Assembly (NCBI GenBank): GCA_038087875.1
Contig: JAXLNO010000548.1
Coordinates: forward strand, 1 to 64,000
Length of the DNA: 64,000 nucleotides
Reading direction: 5' to 3'
DNA from: Malacoraja senta
Lineage: Eukaryota
Positions 62,369-64,000 of this stretch are shown piece by piece; positions within the stretch are counted from its first letter, which is position 1, and each line of letters opens with the position of its first letter. Made by a program: the position numbers and the translations under genes. The notes below the pieces were generated by a model. That model saw only the letters and a list, made by a program, of their open reading frames with translations, was not told the DNA's origin and did no database searches.

Positions 62369-63059
62369 CAGTGAGTCCCTCAGCACATACTCCTGCAGTC
62401 TGGAATGGACAGATGATGTTTTGGGTCAGACACTTCTTCAGACTGATTGTAATAGAAAGCTGAAAAAGAGTTGTGGGGCTGGGACAAAGCCTGGCAAGTG
62501 ATACAGGTGATAAGACATAAAAAGCTGGAGTAACTCAGTGGGACAGGCAGCATCTCTGGAGAGAAGGAATGGGTGACTTTTGAGGTCGAGATTCTTCTTC
62601 AGACTAGTTGAGGATAAGGGAAACAAGAGATATAGAAAAGGATGTAGAGAGATAAAGAACAATGAATGAAAGATATGCAAAAAAGTAACGATGATAAAGG
62701 AAACAGGCCATTGTAAGTTATTTGTTGGGTGAAAACGAGAAGCTGGTGCGACTAGAGAACGGATTTAGATAAATAGATGGGTGGAGTAAGTGGCAATGGC
62801 TAGAGGTGAAAAGGAGACAAAGTGTCTGAAGAAGGGTCTCGACCAGAAACATCACCCATTCCTTCTCTCCAGAGATGCTGCCTGTCCCGCTGAGTTACTC
62901 TAGCTTTTTGTGTCTTATCACCTGTATCACTTGCCAGGCTTTGTCCCAGCCCCACATCTCTTTTTCAGCTTTCTATTACAATCAGTCTGAAGAAGCGTCT
63001 GACCCAAAACATCATCTGTCCATTCCAGACTGCAGGAGTACGTGCTGAGGGACTCACTG
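62369..63059. repeat. Long inverted repeat (236-bp arms, 219-bp spacer) built from Penelope terminal-repeat sequence
   Basis: 62369-62604 is the reverse complement of 62824-63059, with about 6 mismatches in the outer ~200 bp. Confidence 0.9.
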
Positions 63060-63469
63060 AAGAGTTTTAACCAGCATCAGCAGTTCCTTCCTGTACATCC
63101 TGCCTTGTGCAGCATTGTTCTGTGTTTACAAATAGAGTGTAAATAAAACTTGGCATCCTGTGTGCCATTTAAATCATTTATGATTGATGTATATTTTTAT
63201 TCCATGCAATCCTACAAAGTATCCCACAAATACACCACTCGGCAGCATTCAGTGGATGGTGCCTGAGGCAAGGCAGCTCTTTGAACTAGTTCATGGATCA
63301 CATGTGTATTCTTTTTACATTGTCTTTTACAATTTAGTTGACCAATTAGTTTAAATCTTTTTCCCCCAAGTCACTGAACTTTTTCCACAGGAAGTACTTT
63401 TTTATGGCCCATTCTAGTGAGAATATTGATGACTGAAAAACAAGAAAACTGTTCTTCTGTACTCACTCT

Positions 63470-64000
63470 AAACTCATGACTGCGCAGCCAGACATAATCC
63501 GAACTCCATCATCAAGTTCGCCGACAACACCACTGTTGTGGGACGAAACACTGATGGTGATGAGTCAGAGTATATTAGTGAGATCGACCGATTGACCAAA
63601 TGGTGCCAGCACAATAACCCGGCCCTCAACACCAGTAAAACCAAGGAACTGATTGTGGACTTTGGAAGAGGTAGGATATGAACCCACAATCCCGTTTATA
63701 TCCCGGGACGATGGTGGAAAGGGTCAAGAACTTCAAATTCCTGGGCGTGCATATTTCCGAAGATCTTTCCAGGTCCCAGCACACTGATGCAATTATAAAG
63801 AAGGCACATCAGCGCCTCTACTTCCTGAGAAGATTACGGAGAGTTGGTATGTCAAGGAGGTCTCTCTCGGACTTGTACAGGTGCACAGTAGAGAGCATGC
63901 TGACTGGTTGCATCGTGGCTTGGTTCGGCAACTTGAACGTCCAGGAGCGGAAAAGAATCCAGAAAGTTTGTAACTACTGCCCAGTCCATCTTCGGCTCTG
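63470..64000 (+). mobile_element. 5'-truncated Rex1-type LINE running off the window
   Basis: THDC...SIIKFADNTTVVG...EIDRLTKWCQHNN.ALNTSKTKELIVDF. Confidence 0.85.

Overview
Vertebrate genomic DNA, most likely from a cartilaginous fish (skate/ray). The taxon is inferred from the MHC exon style and the CR1/V-SINE/Penelope repeat landscape, not proven. About three quarters or more of the window (by eye) is transposon-derived. One host gene is recognisable: an MHC class I-like heavy-chain gene on the minus strand. Its alpha1 (57327-57587), alpha2 (42001-42274), alpha3 (30028-30294) and transmembrane (27219-27326) exons all have canonical phase-1 AG/GT boundaries and are separated by 15, 11.7 and 2.7 kb TE-filled introns. 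The alpha2 exon carries a 2-nt frameshift at the T143 anchor codon; leader and cytoplasmic exons were not found. At 2.3-5.9 kb is a deleted, tandemly duplicated endogenous retrovirus (env end-LTR part-integrase tail-env-LTR). Its gamma-type Env appears to start with a V-type immunoglobulin domain resembling CD300/pIgR-like receptors. A dinucleotide slip leaves it as a 411-aa open SU-only frame, which could be secreted. This is the most novel-looking element. The rest comprises CR1 LINEs (one with an intact ORF2), a near full-length L1/Tx1-type LINE split by a CR1, Rex1/Babar and RTE fragments, and V-SINEs. There are also nested hAT and Harbinger DNA transposons with readable TSDs, a solo LTR, and Penelope GIY-YIG fragments whose terminal repeats carry minimal hammerhead-ribozyme motifs, some in fold-back arrangements. 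All alignments and counts were done by eye; no database search was run.
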